Of a stretch of DNA of 64,000 nucleotides, positions 56,198 to 64,000 are shown piece by piece. Source of the stretch: an uncultured candidatus Brocadiaceae bacterium (lineage in GTDB: Bacteria; Planctomycetota; UBA1135; UBA2386). The notes beneath the pieces are model-generated. The model did not search any database. It was not told the DNA's origin and worked only from the letters and a program-made list of their open reading frames with translations. Positions within the stretch are counted from its first letter, which is position 1. The number at the start of each line of letters is the position of its first letter. The stretch lies in contig CAZIFB010000002.1 in assembly GCA_964538915.1 (NCBI GenBank), positions 263,424-327,423 of the forward strand, read 5' to 3'. Both the position numbers and the translations under genes were made by a program.

Positions 56198-57433
56198 CTA
56201 CATCCTAGGGATGTCGAGGTTCTTTAGTGCTCCCCCGTCGCCACGGCTCTTGTGCATGAAGTTGCGGCGATCGAAGACGATCTCGCGAGCTGTGGTGCGG
56301 AGAACGATTCGCATTTCGTCGATTCCCCAGTCGATTCGCACTTCCCCCGGTCGCTCCTCAATACTGGAGGTCACGACAAGCGGTTCTGTTCGCAGGACGC
56401 CGTTGACTGGGATAACAAACCGCTTCTCTTGATGGTTGTCCCAGTTTTCACCGAATCCCCAGGTCTTGTCCACGATTGTATTTGAACCCTGTGTCATTCG
56501 GATTCGCCACCCGCCACCCTCCTTGTCTTCTCGGCCCGTTCGGACGAAGCACGTGACGTCAAGCATCCTCTCGGGTTCGCGTCCGGTGATGTGCACGTCT
56601 TGCGATGACTTGCCGACGCGATCCGAGACGACAACGCGCAGTTCGTGTTCGCCGGCGACCTCGACCCCGATCTTTGCACGAGCCTCGGTCAGGCCGAGAT
56701 CCTTGCCATCGAGGAACCAAGCAAACTGCAACCTAGCACCAACGCTGCTTCGAGAGGAGGAAGCGTCAGCGTCTACACTGAAGGGCACATCTCCTACCAA
56801 CGGTGCCGCTTGAACGTTTGCAATGGGCAGGGGACCTACGGGCCTAGCGTCAATCTCGAGACGCCAGCCAGACTTGGCATTTAGCAGTGCCGCCGAAGCA
56901 GGGAATGAAAAGTGCTCCAGCACCGGGGACCGGGACGCCGGCATGGTGCGTTCTCCCAGGGCTAGGCGCGCAAGGAGGGTCTCGCCGTCCTTGACCAAGA
57001 CGTCGATCGCGAACTGGGTTCCCGCGCGCTCGTCCTGTCCGTCAAGTTGGATGGAGCCATGCAGTGCTCCGTCTTGGGCGACGGCCGCGCTGGTCGCCAA
57101 GACACCGTTGCTTGGCGGTCCAATTCGCAGATGTGTCTCTTGGTCGTGCAAGTACCACACGCCGCTGACTGCCACGAGCGCCGCGAGGGACACGGAGAAG
57201 TAGAAGACGATCCTCCACTTGCGCTTCCTTGTGGCCTTCTCTTGGAAGGTTGTCTTGATAGTGCGCTCTCGCCTCTTCTTGCCCAGCAACCAAGCCAGAA
57301 GGCCCCCGCGCTCCTCCCACATCTGCTCCTCAAGGGTGCCTGTCTCTCGCCGCGAGTGCGTTGACTCACTGTGAGTTGTAGCCCTCCCCTTTACAGATGC
57401 GCGCCCTTCGATCTTGTCAGCATCGTCGTCCAC
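56198..57433 (-). CDS. membrane-anchored PKD-domain protein on a low-GC islet (hypothetical)
   Basis: 411 aa. Basic cytoplasmic N-terminus, TM WRIVFYFSVSLAALVAVSGVWYL, and PKD-like PFSVDADASSS...FAWFLDGKDLG...GEHELRVVVSDRVGKSS. GC about 55% and A/T-ending codons (AGG, CCT, ACA, GTA) are unlike the neighbouring genes. Confidence 0.65.
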   Translation of the reverse strand: MDDDADKIEGRASVKGRATTHSESTHSRRETGTLEEQMWEERGGLLAWLLGKKRRERTIKTTFQEKATRKRKWRIVFYFSVSLAALVAVSGVWYLHDQETHLRIGPPSNGVLATSAAVAQDGALHGSIQLDGQDERAGTQFAIDVLVKDGETLLARLALGERTMPASRSPVLEHFSFPASAALLNAKSGWRLEIDARPVGPLPIANVQAAPLVGDVPFSVDADASSSRSSVGARLQFAWFLDGKDLGLTEARAKIGVEVAGEHELRVVVSDRVGKSSQDVHITGREPERMLDVTCFVRTGREDKEGGGWRIRMTQGSNTIVDKTWGFGENWDNHQEKRFVIPVNGVLRTEPLVVTSSIEERPGEVRIDWGIDEMRIVLRTTAREIVFDRRNFMHKSRGDGGALKNLDIPRM

Positions 57434-57671
57434 CGCGTTCCTCTGTGACAGTTCCCTTGTGGAGTTGCCGGATACAGCCGCGGCGTCGAGCGCGCCCCGC
57501 GCAGTGATTCTCTTGCTACTCTTGACTGTTGCAGGCTAGCGCTGCGTGAGATCCCTTTCCATCCTGCGCGGCACTCCGCTCGGTCTCGGTCGAGCGCCCC
57601 GTTGGGGGAGCGCCACGCGGATGATCTGCGGGCGGGATCGGCCGCAAGCCCCGGCGCGACCGCGAGGGAGC

Positions 57672-57691
57672 GGTGGGCCGTGCTGGATTCG
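57672..57691 (-). repeat. 20-nt duplicate of the tRNA-Val 3' end (att-like scar)
   Basis: ggtgggccgtgctggattcg is identical to 57769-57788 inside the tRNA, offset by 97 nt. Confidence 0.8.
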
Positions 57692-57767
57692 CCGTGGAGT
57701 GTCGTGCTGCGCGCGACGCGATCACGCCGCGGCGGCATGGGCCGCGCCTTACGCCTCTGGCGTGAGA

Positions 57768-57843
57768 TGGTGGGCCGTGCTGGATTCGAACCAGCGACTT
57801 CGACCTTGTGACGATCGCACTCTACCAACTGAGTTAACGGCCC
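57768..57843 (-). tRNA. tRNA-Val (anticodon CAC), CCA encoded
   Basis: The reverse complement GGGCCGTTAACTCAGTTGGTAGAGTGCGATCGTCACAAGGTCGAAGTCGCTGGTTCGAATCCAGCACGGCCCACCA folds as a cloverleaf. It has a 7-bp acceptor stem, D arm ACTC/GAGT, anticodon stem CGATC/GGTCG with loop GTCACAA, and T arm GCTGG-TTCGAAT-CCAGC. Confidence 0.93.
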
Positions 57844-57946
57844 GTTCCACGCTGCCGGCGCACCGGCAGACTCGGGCCGCGCACCCTAGCGATCGCCCAT
57901 GGGTGATGCAAGCGCCTAGTTCGGCGCCCGCGCCCGCCGGAATGGC

Positions 57947-58894
57947 TCACGCGGGCAGGTTCGGCAGCGCGCCGTACAGGGCCGTCTGCAGCGTCAGCGT
58001 CGTCGCTTCGCGTCCGGCCTTCGCGAACGCGTGCACCATTGCGCGGGCGATCTCCGGCGTGCGGCCCGACGACATCGTGAACGCGATCATGCCCGGCCCG
58101 TGGCCGCAGATCGTGGCGCCGGCGGCGCCGGCGTCGACGGCGGCAACGAGCGCTTCCGACAGGCCGGGTACGAGACGGCGCCGGTAGGGCAGGTGCACTT
58201 CGTCGACGATGCAGTGACGCAGCAGGTCTTCGTCGCCGTGCTGCAGCGCCTGTAGCACGCCGATCGTGCGACCGGTGCTGCGCGCGGCCGCGGCGTGCGG
58301 CAGGGTCGGCGGCAGCACACGCTTCGTGTCGGCGGTTCCCATCTGCGCATCGGGCAACGCGATCACGTAGTGCCAGTCGCGGTGGATCGGGAACGGCACG
58401 ATGCGCTGCTGCAGCTGCGTCGCTTGCGGCGCCGACATCGGCACCGTCGCGCAGAGGCCGCCGAGCAGCGCCGCGGCGCCGTGCGCCGGGTCGCCGCCGA
58501 GAGGCACGAGTGCGTCGAGCAGCTGGGACGCCGTGGCTTTCTTGCGACCGAGGCGCACCGCGAGCGCGAGTCCGGCGGCGTAGCCGGCGCTGATCGTTCC
58601 CATGCCGGTGCCGCGCGGGATGGTTCCTTCGACGACGACGTGCAGCCCCTTCAGCAGCGACACGTCGAACAGTTCGGCGCCGACCCGGAGGCCGCGCAGG
58701 ACCGGGTCGTGCCGCGGATCCTCCATGTGCGCGCTCGGGTCGTCGCGGCGCTCGATCGACACGACGCCGTCGGTGCGCGGTTCGGCCGTGATGCCGAGCG
58801 CCAGGTCGAGTGCCAGTGCGACCACTCCGTAACCCGGGCCGAGGTTCGCGGCGCTCGCGGGCACGTGGAAGGTGATCGGGGTCGTCTTGGCCAC
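57947..58894 (-). CDS. thrB: homoserine kinase (GHMP family)
   Basis: VPASAANLGPGYG (motif I) and PRGTGMGTISAGYAAG (motif II) across 315 aa. Confidence 0.8.
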   Translation of the reverse strand: MAKTTPITFHVPASAANLGPGYGVVALALDLALGITAEPRTDGVVSIERRDDPSAHMEDPRHDPVLRGLRVGAELFDVSLLKGLHVVVEGTIPRGTGMGTISAGYAAGLALAVRLGRKKATASQLLDALVPLGGDPAHGAAALLGGLCATVPMSAPQATQLQQRIVPFPIHRDWHYVIALPDAQMGTADTKRVLPPTLPHAAAARSTGRTIGVLQALQHGDEDLLRHCIVDEVHLPYRRRLVPGLSEALVAAVDAGAAGATICGHGPGMIAFTMSSGRTPEIARAMVHAFAKAGREATTLTLQTALYGALPNLPA

Positions 58895-58971
58895 GAAGGT
58901 GTATCGGCCACGCCGGCGCCGACATGAAACCCCCGCGGGGCCGGCGGCTCAACGGCGCGGCCCCCGCCGCG

Positions 58972-60990
58972 TCACGGGTCGATCACGAGCGTCGCGGGGC
59001 CGCCGACGACTTCGGTCAGTCCCGCGGCATCGAACACGATGCCCGTGAACGTGAAGCGCAGGCCCTGCAGGATGGTCGCGATGGCGCCCGGGAGCTGGAA
59101 GCCGGTGCTCGCATTGCCCGCCGCATCGAGCACACCCGCGCTGTTCGGGAGGATCGGCGTGTTGAGGATCGTGAGGCCGAGGCCGGTGAACGCGTCGAAG
59201 TTCATCGGCACGGGCACACCGTCGAGGAGGAAGCCGGGCGCTTCCCCGGTCACGCCGAACGCCAGCAGGTAGCTCTGTCCGGCGCGCTGCGCCCCGCCGC
59301 GGAGGTCGAGGGGGTGGGCGAACCCGGGCGCCGCGGAGACGTGGGCGAGTCGCGGCAGCAGCGCCGCGGTGTAGGGCTGCTGCGGCAGGTCGAGGAAGTT
59401 GTCGACGCCGGGTCCGACCAGGAGCGTCGTCTGCGTGCTGTCGAAGTACGGCACCGTGCGGATGCGCCGCGAGCCTGGGCCGTTGATGTCGGCGAGGTTC
59501 TGGATGCGAAGGAGCAGGCGATTGCCCGCCGGCACGATCTGCGCGACGTCGACGAGGTCGATCGTCATGAGGTGCGTGCCCGCGATGCCGACGCGCACGC
59601 CGTTCGTGCCTGCGGTGATCCAGTGGATCGCACCTGCCGGGTCCTGGTGCGCGAGGACGGCGGTCAGCTGGAAGTTGCCCGTCGTGTCGTCGACGGTGAG
59701 CTTCACCTGAGGTCGCCCGAGGATCTCGATCGCTTCGGTCAGGGGCGCCGAGACGAAGACCTCCTGGCTCGGGGCGATGTTCGCGGTGACGTTGTTCGGT
59801 GCGAGACCGGCGCCCTGCGCGACGTAGTCGAAGATGTCGTACGCCGCGGGCACGACGTGGTTGATCACGTTCGTGAGGTTCTGCGCCATCGGCGGCAAGG
59901 GCTGCAGCGCCTGCGTGCCGACGAAGTGCCAGCGTGTGTTCGCGGTCGCCGGTGGCCACTGCGTCGACGTGCGATGCTCCCAGACGGTCGTCGGGTTCAG
60001 GTGCAGCGCGGTGCTCGTCGGCTGCATGCCCGCTTCGACCAGTGGTTCGAGGTCCACGCCGTTCGGAATGCCCTTCATGTAGCGATCGAACCAGCGGCGT
60101 CGCAGGTCGTTCATCACCGCGGTCTCCATCGCGTTGTCGACCGTGGAGTGGCCGCTGCCCGTGGACAGGAACAGGCGCTTCGGTCCTTGCGGCAACGACA
60201 GCAGTTCGTCGACCGAGGGGTTGTTGACGATCTTGAAGTCCTGCATCGCGACCATGGAGAGCACCGGCACGGTGGACGTGCCGAGGTTCGCGAGCAGAGT
60301 CTGGTTGTACGGCGTGTCGATCTGCGCGCGCAGACCGACGAAGTCGTTCGCGTCGACGAGCGCGAGCCACGGGTGCGCCGCCGGCTTGTCGATCACGATG
60401 TGGTCGACGACCATCACGCTGCCAGGAACGTTCGCGTCGAGGTGGTCGAGCGGCGCGATCTGCGGCGCGATCGCGAGCACTGGCGGGTAGTTCGTGACGA
60501 ACCCTGCCAGTGGCAACGCCCGTCCGGACCACGCCGCGGCTGCGTACGACTTCTTGCCGCCGCCCGAGAACCCGGTCACCGCGAGGCGCGCCGGGTCGAT
60601 CGTCGTGCCGGCGACCGCGGCCTGCGCGAGGCCGTGCGACTCCGCCGTGTCGAGCAATTCGCGATCCTGCGTGCTGCCGGGACGACCGGGGTCGGTGAAC
60701 GCGTACGCGACGTAGCCGCCGGCCGCGAGGCTGTTCGCCGCGGTGACGACGTTGCTGTCGTTCTTCGTGCCGCCGTCACCGGCGTGCATGACGAGCACGC
60801 CCGGCCAGCCGATCGGCCCGGCAATCGCGTTCGGCGTGTAGATGTCCATGCCGGTCATCTCGCCGTCGGAGAACGTGATGGCGACGGTCTGCACGACGAC
60901 CCCGAAACCGCCGGGCGGCGTCGGCGGATCCTGTGCCAGGAGCGCGCCGGTGGTCGCGAAGAGAAGGAGGGTGCGCGAGGTCGCGTTCAT
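58972..60990 (-). CDS. secreted CocE/NonD (X-Pro dipeptidyl-peptidase S15-like) hydrolase with shared C-terminal module
   Basis: ATG at 60990 with signal MNATSRTLLLFATTGALLAQD. Nucleophile GFSGGG, a PepX_C-like beta-sandwich (WFDRYMKG...), and a tail ending GGPATLVIDP. Confidence 0.8.
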   Translation of the reverse strand: MNATSRTLLLFATTGALLAQDPPTPPGGFGVVVQTVAITFSDGEMTGMDIYTPNAIAGPIGWPGVLVMHAGDGGTKNDSNVVTAANSLAAGGYVAYAFTDPGRPGSTQDRELLDTAESHGLAQAAVAGTTIDPARLAVTGFSGGGKKSYAAAAWSGRALPLAGFVTNYPPVLAIAPQIAPLDHLDANVPGSVMVVDHIVIDKPAAHPWLALVDANDFVGLRAQIDTPYNQTLLANLGTSTVPVLSMVAMQDFKIVNNPSVDELLSLPQGPKRLFLSTGSGHSTVDNAMETAVMNDLRRRWFDRYMKGIPNGVDLEPLVEAGMQPTSTALHLNPTTVWEHRTSTQWPPATANTRWHFVGTQALQPLPPMAQNLTNVINHVVPAAYDIFDYVAQGAGLAPNNVTANIAPSQEVFVSAPLTEAIEILGRPQVKLTVDDTTGNFQLTAVLAHQDPAGAIHWITAGTNGVRVGIAGTHLMTIDLVDVAQIVPAGNRLLLRIQNLADINGPGSRRIRTVPYFDSTQTTLLVGPGVDNFLDLPQQPYTAALLPRLAHVSAAPGFAHPLDLRGGAQRAGQSYLLAFGVTGEAPGFLLDGVPVPMNFDAFTGLGLTILNTPILPNSAGVLDAAGNASTGFQLPGAIATILQGLRFTFTGIVFDAAGLTEVVGGPATLVIDP

Positions 60991-61106
60991 CGTGGAGAGA
61001 TCCGCTGGGGTCCCCTCGAAGAACCAGCGTCGCGAGAACGCACGCGGATTTCTCGGCCCGGTCGACACACGCGGCGGCGAACGGCGTGTGCGCCGCCGTC
61101 AGGCGG

Positions 61107-62636
61107 TCATTCGTCGCCGAACTTGATGCCCTGCGCCAGGGGCAGGCTCGCACCCCAGTTCACGGTGCTCGTCTGGCGGCGCATGTAGATCTTCCAGCTG
61201 TCGGAACCGGATTCGCGGCCGCCGCCGGTCTCCTTCTCGCCGCCGAATGCGCCGCCGATCTCGGCGCCGCTGGTGCCGATGTTGACGTTCGCGATGCCGC
61301 AGTCGCTGCCGATCGAGGAGAGGAAGCGCTCCGCGGCGCGCACGTTCGCCGTGAAGATCGACGAACTGAGGCCCTGAGGGACGTCGTTGTTGAGTGCGAT
61401 CGCCTCGTCGAGCGACTTGATGGGCATCACGTACAGGATCGGCGCGAAGGTCTCCTCCTTCACGATCGGTATGCAGCCGTCGCAGCGCACGATCGCCGGC
61501 ACGACGTAGGCTCCGCCGGCGATGGCCTTGCCGACCTTCGCGCGAGCGCCGCCCTGCACGACCCTGCCGCCCTGCTCCCTGGCGGCCGCGATCGCATGGT
61601 CGAACGCCTTCGCGGATGCTTCGTCGATCAGCGGACCGACGAGCGTCTTCTTGTCGAACGGATCGCCGATCGTGCACTGCGCGTACGCCTTCACGAGCCG
61701 CGCCTGCAGTTCGTCCACGACCTTCTCGTGAACGAGCAGCCGCCTCGTCGTCGTGCATCGCTGGCCGGCGGTGCCCACCGCCCCGAAGACGATGCCGCGC
61801 ACCGCGAGCGACAGGTCCGCGTCGTCCATCACGACGATCGCGTTGTTGCCGCCGAGTTCCAGCAGCGAACGGCCGAAGCGCTGCGCCACGCGCGGCCCGA
61901 CGATGCGGCCCATGCGCGTGCTGCCGGTCGCGGAGACGAGCGGGATCGCCGGATCGTCGAGCAAAGCGCTGCCGACGGTGAGGTCGGGGCCGATGACGAG
62001 CCCGACGAGCGGCGCCCATTCCTTGCCGAGCACTTCCGCCGCGATCTTCGTCATCGCGATCGCGCACAGCGGCGTCTTCAGCGACGGCTTCCACAGGCAG
62101 CTGTCGCCGCACACGAGCGCGAGCATCGAGTTCCACGCCCAGACCGCGATCGGGAAGTTGAACGCCGTGATCACGCCGACCGTGCCGAGCGGGTGCCACG
62201 TCTCGCGCATGTGGTGGTTCGGCCGTTCGCTCGCGATCGTGAGACCGTAGAGCTGGCGCGACAGTCCGACGGCGAAGTCGGCGATGTCGATGCACTCCTG
62301 CGCTTCCCCGAGGCCCTCCTGCAGGATCTTGCCCGCCTCGAGCGTCACGAGCCTGCCGAGCAGCTCCTTCTTCTCGCGGAACGCGTTGCCGATCCGGCGC
62401 ACGTACTCCCCGCGCTTCGGGGCAGGGAGTTCGCGCCAGCGCAGGAACGCGGCGTGCGCCGCCTTGCTGACGGCGGCGTAGTCCTTGGCGTCCGCCATCT
62501 GCACCGCGCCGATCGTGCTGCCGTCGACCGGCGAACGCACGGTGAGCGTCTCGCCCTTGGTCTTGCGCCAGGTGCCGTCGAACGCGCCGCTGGCGGTCTT
62601 GTCGAGTCCGAGTTCCGCGAGGAAGGAGAGATCCAT
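61107..62636 (-). CDS. alpha-aminoadipic semialdehyde / piperideine-6-carboxylate dehydrogenase (ALDH7 family)
   Basis: ELGGNNA, catalytic GQRCTT, and the family-typical C-terminus GGEKETGGGRESGSDSWKIYMRR. ATG at 62636; a GTG alternative lies at 62654. Confidence 0.92.
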   Translation of the reverse strand: MDLSFLAELGLDKTASGAFDGTWRKTKGETLTVRSPVDGSTIGAVQMADAKDYAAVSKAAHAAFLRWRELPAPKRGEYVRRIGNAFREKKELLGRLVTLEAGKILQEGLGEAQECIDIADFAVGLSRQLYGLTIASERPNHHMRETWHPLGTVGVITAFNFPIAVWAWNSMLALVCGDSCLWKPSLKTPLCAIAMTKIAAEVLGKEWAPLVGLVIGPDLTVGSALLDDPAIPLVSATGSTRMGRIVGPRVAQRFGRSLLELGGNNAIVVMDDADLSLAVRGIVFGAVGTAGQRCTTTRRLLVHEKVVDELQARLVKAYAQCTIGDPFDKKTLVGPLIDEASAKAFDHAIAAAREQGGRVVQGGARAKVGKAIAGGAYVVPAIVRCDGCIPIVKEETFAPILYVMPIKSLDEAIALNNDVPQGLSSSIFTANVRAAERFLSSIGSDCGIANVNIGTSGAEIGGAFGGEKETGGGRESGSDSWKIYMRRQTSTVNWGASLPLAQGIKFGDE

Positions 62637-62704
62637 GGACCGGTCACTGTCCACGGCGGCTCCTGCGGCGCAAGTTCGGCGTGGGAGCGCCCCGGAAGGC
62701 GTCG

Positions 62705-62752
62705 CCCGAAACGGCGAACGGCTCCCCGCGCGTTGGCGCGAGGAGCCGTTCG
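62705..62752 (-). terminator. candidate intrinsic terminator after the SdrD-like gene
   Basis: On the minus strand, GAACGGCTCC...GGAGCCGTTC forms a perfect 10-bp stem with an inner CGCG/CGCG extension, followed by CCGTTTC. Confidence 0.5.
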
Positions 62753-62775
62753 AGAGGAGCGGGGACCGCTCGGCG

Positions 62776-64000
62776 TCAGCGCCAGATGCGGTTGTCGTTG
62801 GCGCGCTCGAGCGCGTTCTTCAGGCAGGTCTGGTAGTGGCGCTGCGAGTGCCACACCGGCGTGTAGGGGTGGCAGGCGAGGCTCTGCGCCGCACGCAGCA
62901 GGAGCTGGCCGATCGTCATCTGGCCGAGGGCCGGGTCCTGGATCACGCACTCCGGGTGCACGTAGCCGGCGGCGACGTTGCAGTGCATCGCGAGCAGTTC
63001 ACTCGAGAGCTGGTTGCCCATGTTCCAGCTGTTCGCGCAGCCGAAGAACGAGCCGAGCTGTTCGCGGCTGCACGGCGCGACGTAGCCGCCGCAGTTGTTG
63101 ACGAGGTGCAGAGCCGGGATCCACTGGAAGCTGTTGCACTTGTTGCGGCCGTTCCTGCTCTTCCAGAAGCACACCGGCTTCGCGTTGCACGGCAGCACCG
63201 ACTGGGCGACCGCGAACTGCTGCACCGCGAGGTCCGCGCATTCGCAGACGTTCACTTCGCGCGTCGCTGCGGCGGTGGCCACGTAGCCGGCCTTCACTTC
63301 GAGTTCGACCGTGTAGGTGCCCTTCGGGACGTTGGTGAAGCGCCAGGCGCCGCTCGCGTCGGTGAGCGCGGTCCGTTCGTCGCCTTCGCTGACGAGCTTG
63401 ACTTCCCAGCCGCCGAGACCGGTTTCGCCGGCGTCGCGGACGCCGTCGCGATCCAGGTCGCGGAAGACGTTGCCGGTGACGTCGCTGCCGTTGCCGTCGC
63501 CGATCACGAAGCCGTCGTACGAACGCACGGCGCACTGGCCGGTGACCGGGTGGATGCCGCCGTCGATGAGGTACGGGTGGGTCGGACCGTAGGTGAGGTC
63601 CCACTTGTCACCGAGCAGCACCTTCCAGCTGCACGGCGTGAACTCCGACGACCGGAACTTCAGCAGGATGCTCTGGCCCTGGCCACCGAGACCGAGCCCG
63701 TAGACCGCGGGGTCCTGGTTGTTCGTGAAGGGCAGCGACAGCGAGATGACGCCGGCGTTGTTCTCGACGCTGACGAAGCGATCCATCGGGTCGTTCGTCG
63801 AGGCGACTTCCTCGAGGCCGGCGCTCGTCACGTGCACGTAGTAGGTGCCGCTCGCGATGGCCGGGTCGAAGGCGAGATACACCGACTCGTTCGCGAACTT
63901 GTACGTGTAGCGGCCCGTGTTCGGATCGAGCGTGGACGGCGCGGGAACGCCGTTCGCGTTCACGAGGCGCAGCGGCCACAGATTGTCCGAGCAATTGACC
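62776..64000 (-). CDS. secreted SdrD B-like (Cna-B fold) domain protein with Cys-rich helical C-terminal domain; 5' end outside the window
   Basis: GNVFRDLDRDGVRDAGETGLGGWEVKLV...TDASGAWRFTNVPKGTYTVELE. The frame stays open to position 64000, so the annotated M at 63963 is an internal GTG. Confidence 0.7.
   Translation of the reverse strand, partial: VNCSDNLWPLRLVNANGVPAPSTLDPNTGRYTYKFANESVYLAFDPAIASGTYYVHVTSAGLEEVASTNDPMDRFVSVENNAGVISLSLPFTNNQDPAVYGLGLGGQGQSILLKFRSSEFTPCSWKVLLGDKWDLTYGPTHPYLIDGGIHPVTGQCAVRSYDGFVIGDGNGSDVTGNVFRDLDRDGVRDAGETGLGGWEVKLVSEGDERTALTDASGAWRFTNVPKGTYTVELEVKAGYVATAAATREVNVCECADLAVQQFAVAQSVLPCNAKPVCFWKSRNGRNKCNSFQWIPALHLVNNCGGYVAPCSREQLGSFFGCANSWNMGNQLSSELLAMHCNVAAGYVHPECVIQDPALGQMTIGQLLLRAAQSLACHPYTPVWHSQRHYQTCLKNALERANDNRIWR

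Noticed and set aside
56198-57433. The islet ORF as an anti-sigma factor for the adjacent ECF sigma (N-terminal cytoplasmic domain, one TM, ectodomain).
   Set aside because: There is no HxxxCxxC or other anti-sigma-domain signature in the N-terminus. ECF42-type sigmas are regulated by their own C-terminal extension. The ORF also has foreign codon usage, so the adjacency is probably incidental.
57391-57828. 145-aa ORF beginning MVECDRHKVEVAGSNPARPT.
   Set aside because: It is a read-through translation of the tRNA-Val gene and its flank, and is not a protein gene.

Overview
This is a densely coding chromosomal segment, roughly 70% GC by eye, with about 50 CDS and one tRNA. It comes from a diderm bacterium: it carries a TetR-MFP-RND-NodT lipoprotein efflux operon and many Sec-type signal peptides. 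Housekeeping genes (methylmalonyl-CoA mutase, meaB, purE-purK, thrB, htpX, crcB, bcp, an ALDH7-type dehydrogenase) sit between signalling genes and many exported orphan proteins. The signalling genes are a PAS-PAS-GAF hybrid histidine kinase, a transmembrane Ser/Thr kinase fused to an FGE-sulfatase domain, an FHA membrane protein, and an ECF42-type sigma factor with a YciI partner. I saw no CRISPR array, transposase, integrase, phage gene or recognised defence gene. Five points are most worth follow-up. (1) A degenerate C-terminal module of about 100-120 aa recurs on at least six exported proteins with unrelated N-terminal domains, which suggests an undescribed sorting or anchoring tag. (2) A signal-less 491-aa orphan protein is built from amphipathic beta-hairpin-like repeats and lies downstream of a sulfotransferase/GT-C operon. 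(3) A low-GC, low-GC3 islet next to tRNA-Val carries a 20-nt duplication of the tRNA 3' end and a single membrane-anchored PKD-domain ORF. (4) An iodotyrosine-deiodinase-like nitroreductase retains the E-x3-Y...K substrate triad. (5) An EgtB-type sulfoxide synthase has no EgtD in the window. All calls come from reading the ORF translations and DNA by eye, with no database search. The many long alternate-frame and antisense ORFs in the track are treated as high-GC artefacts.
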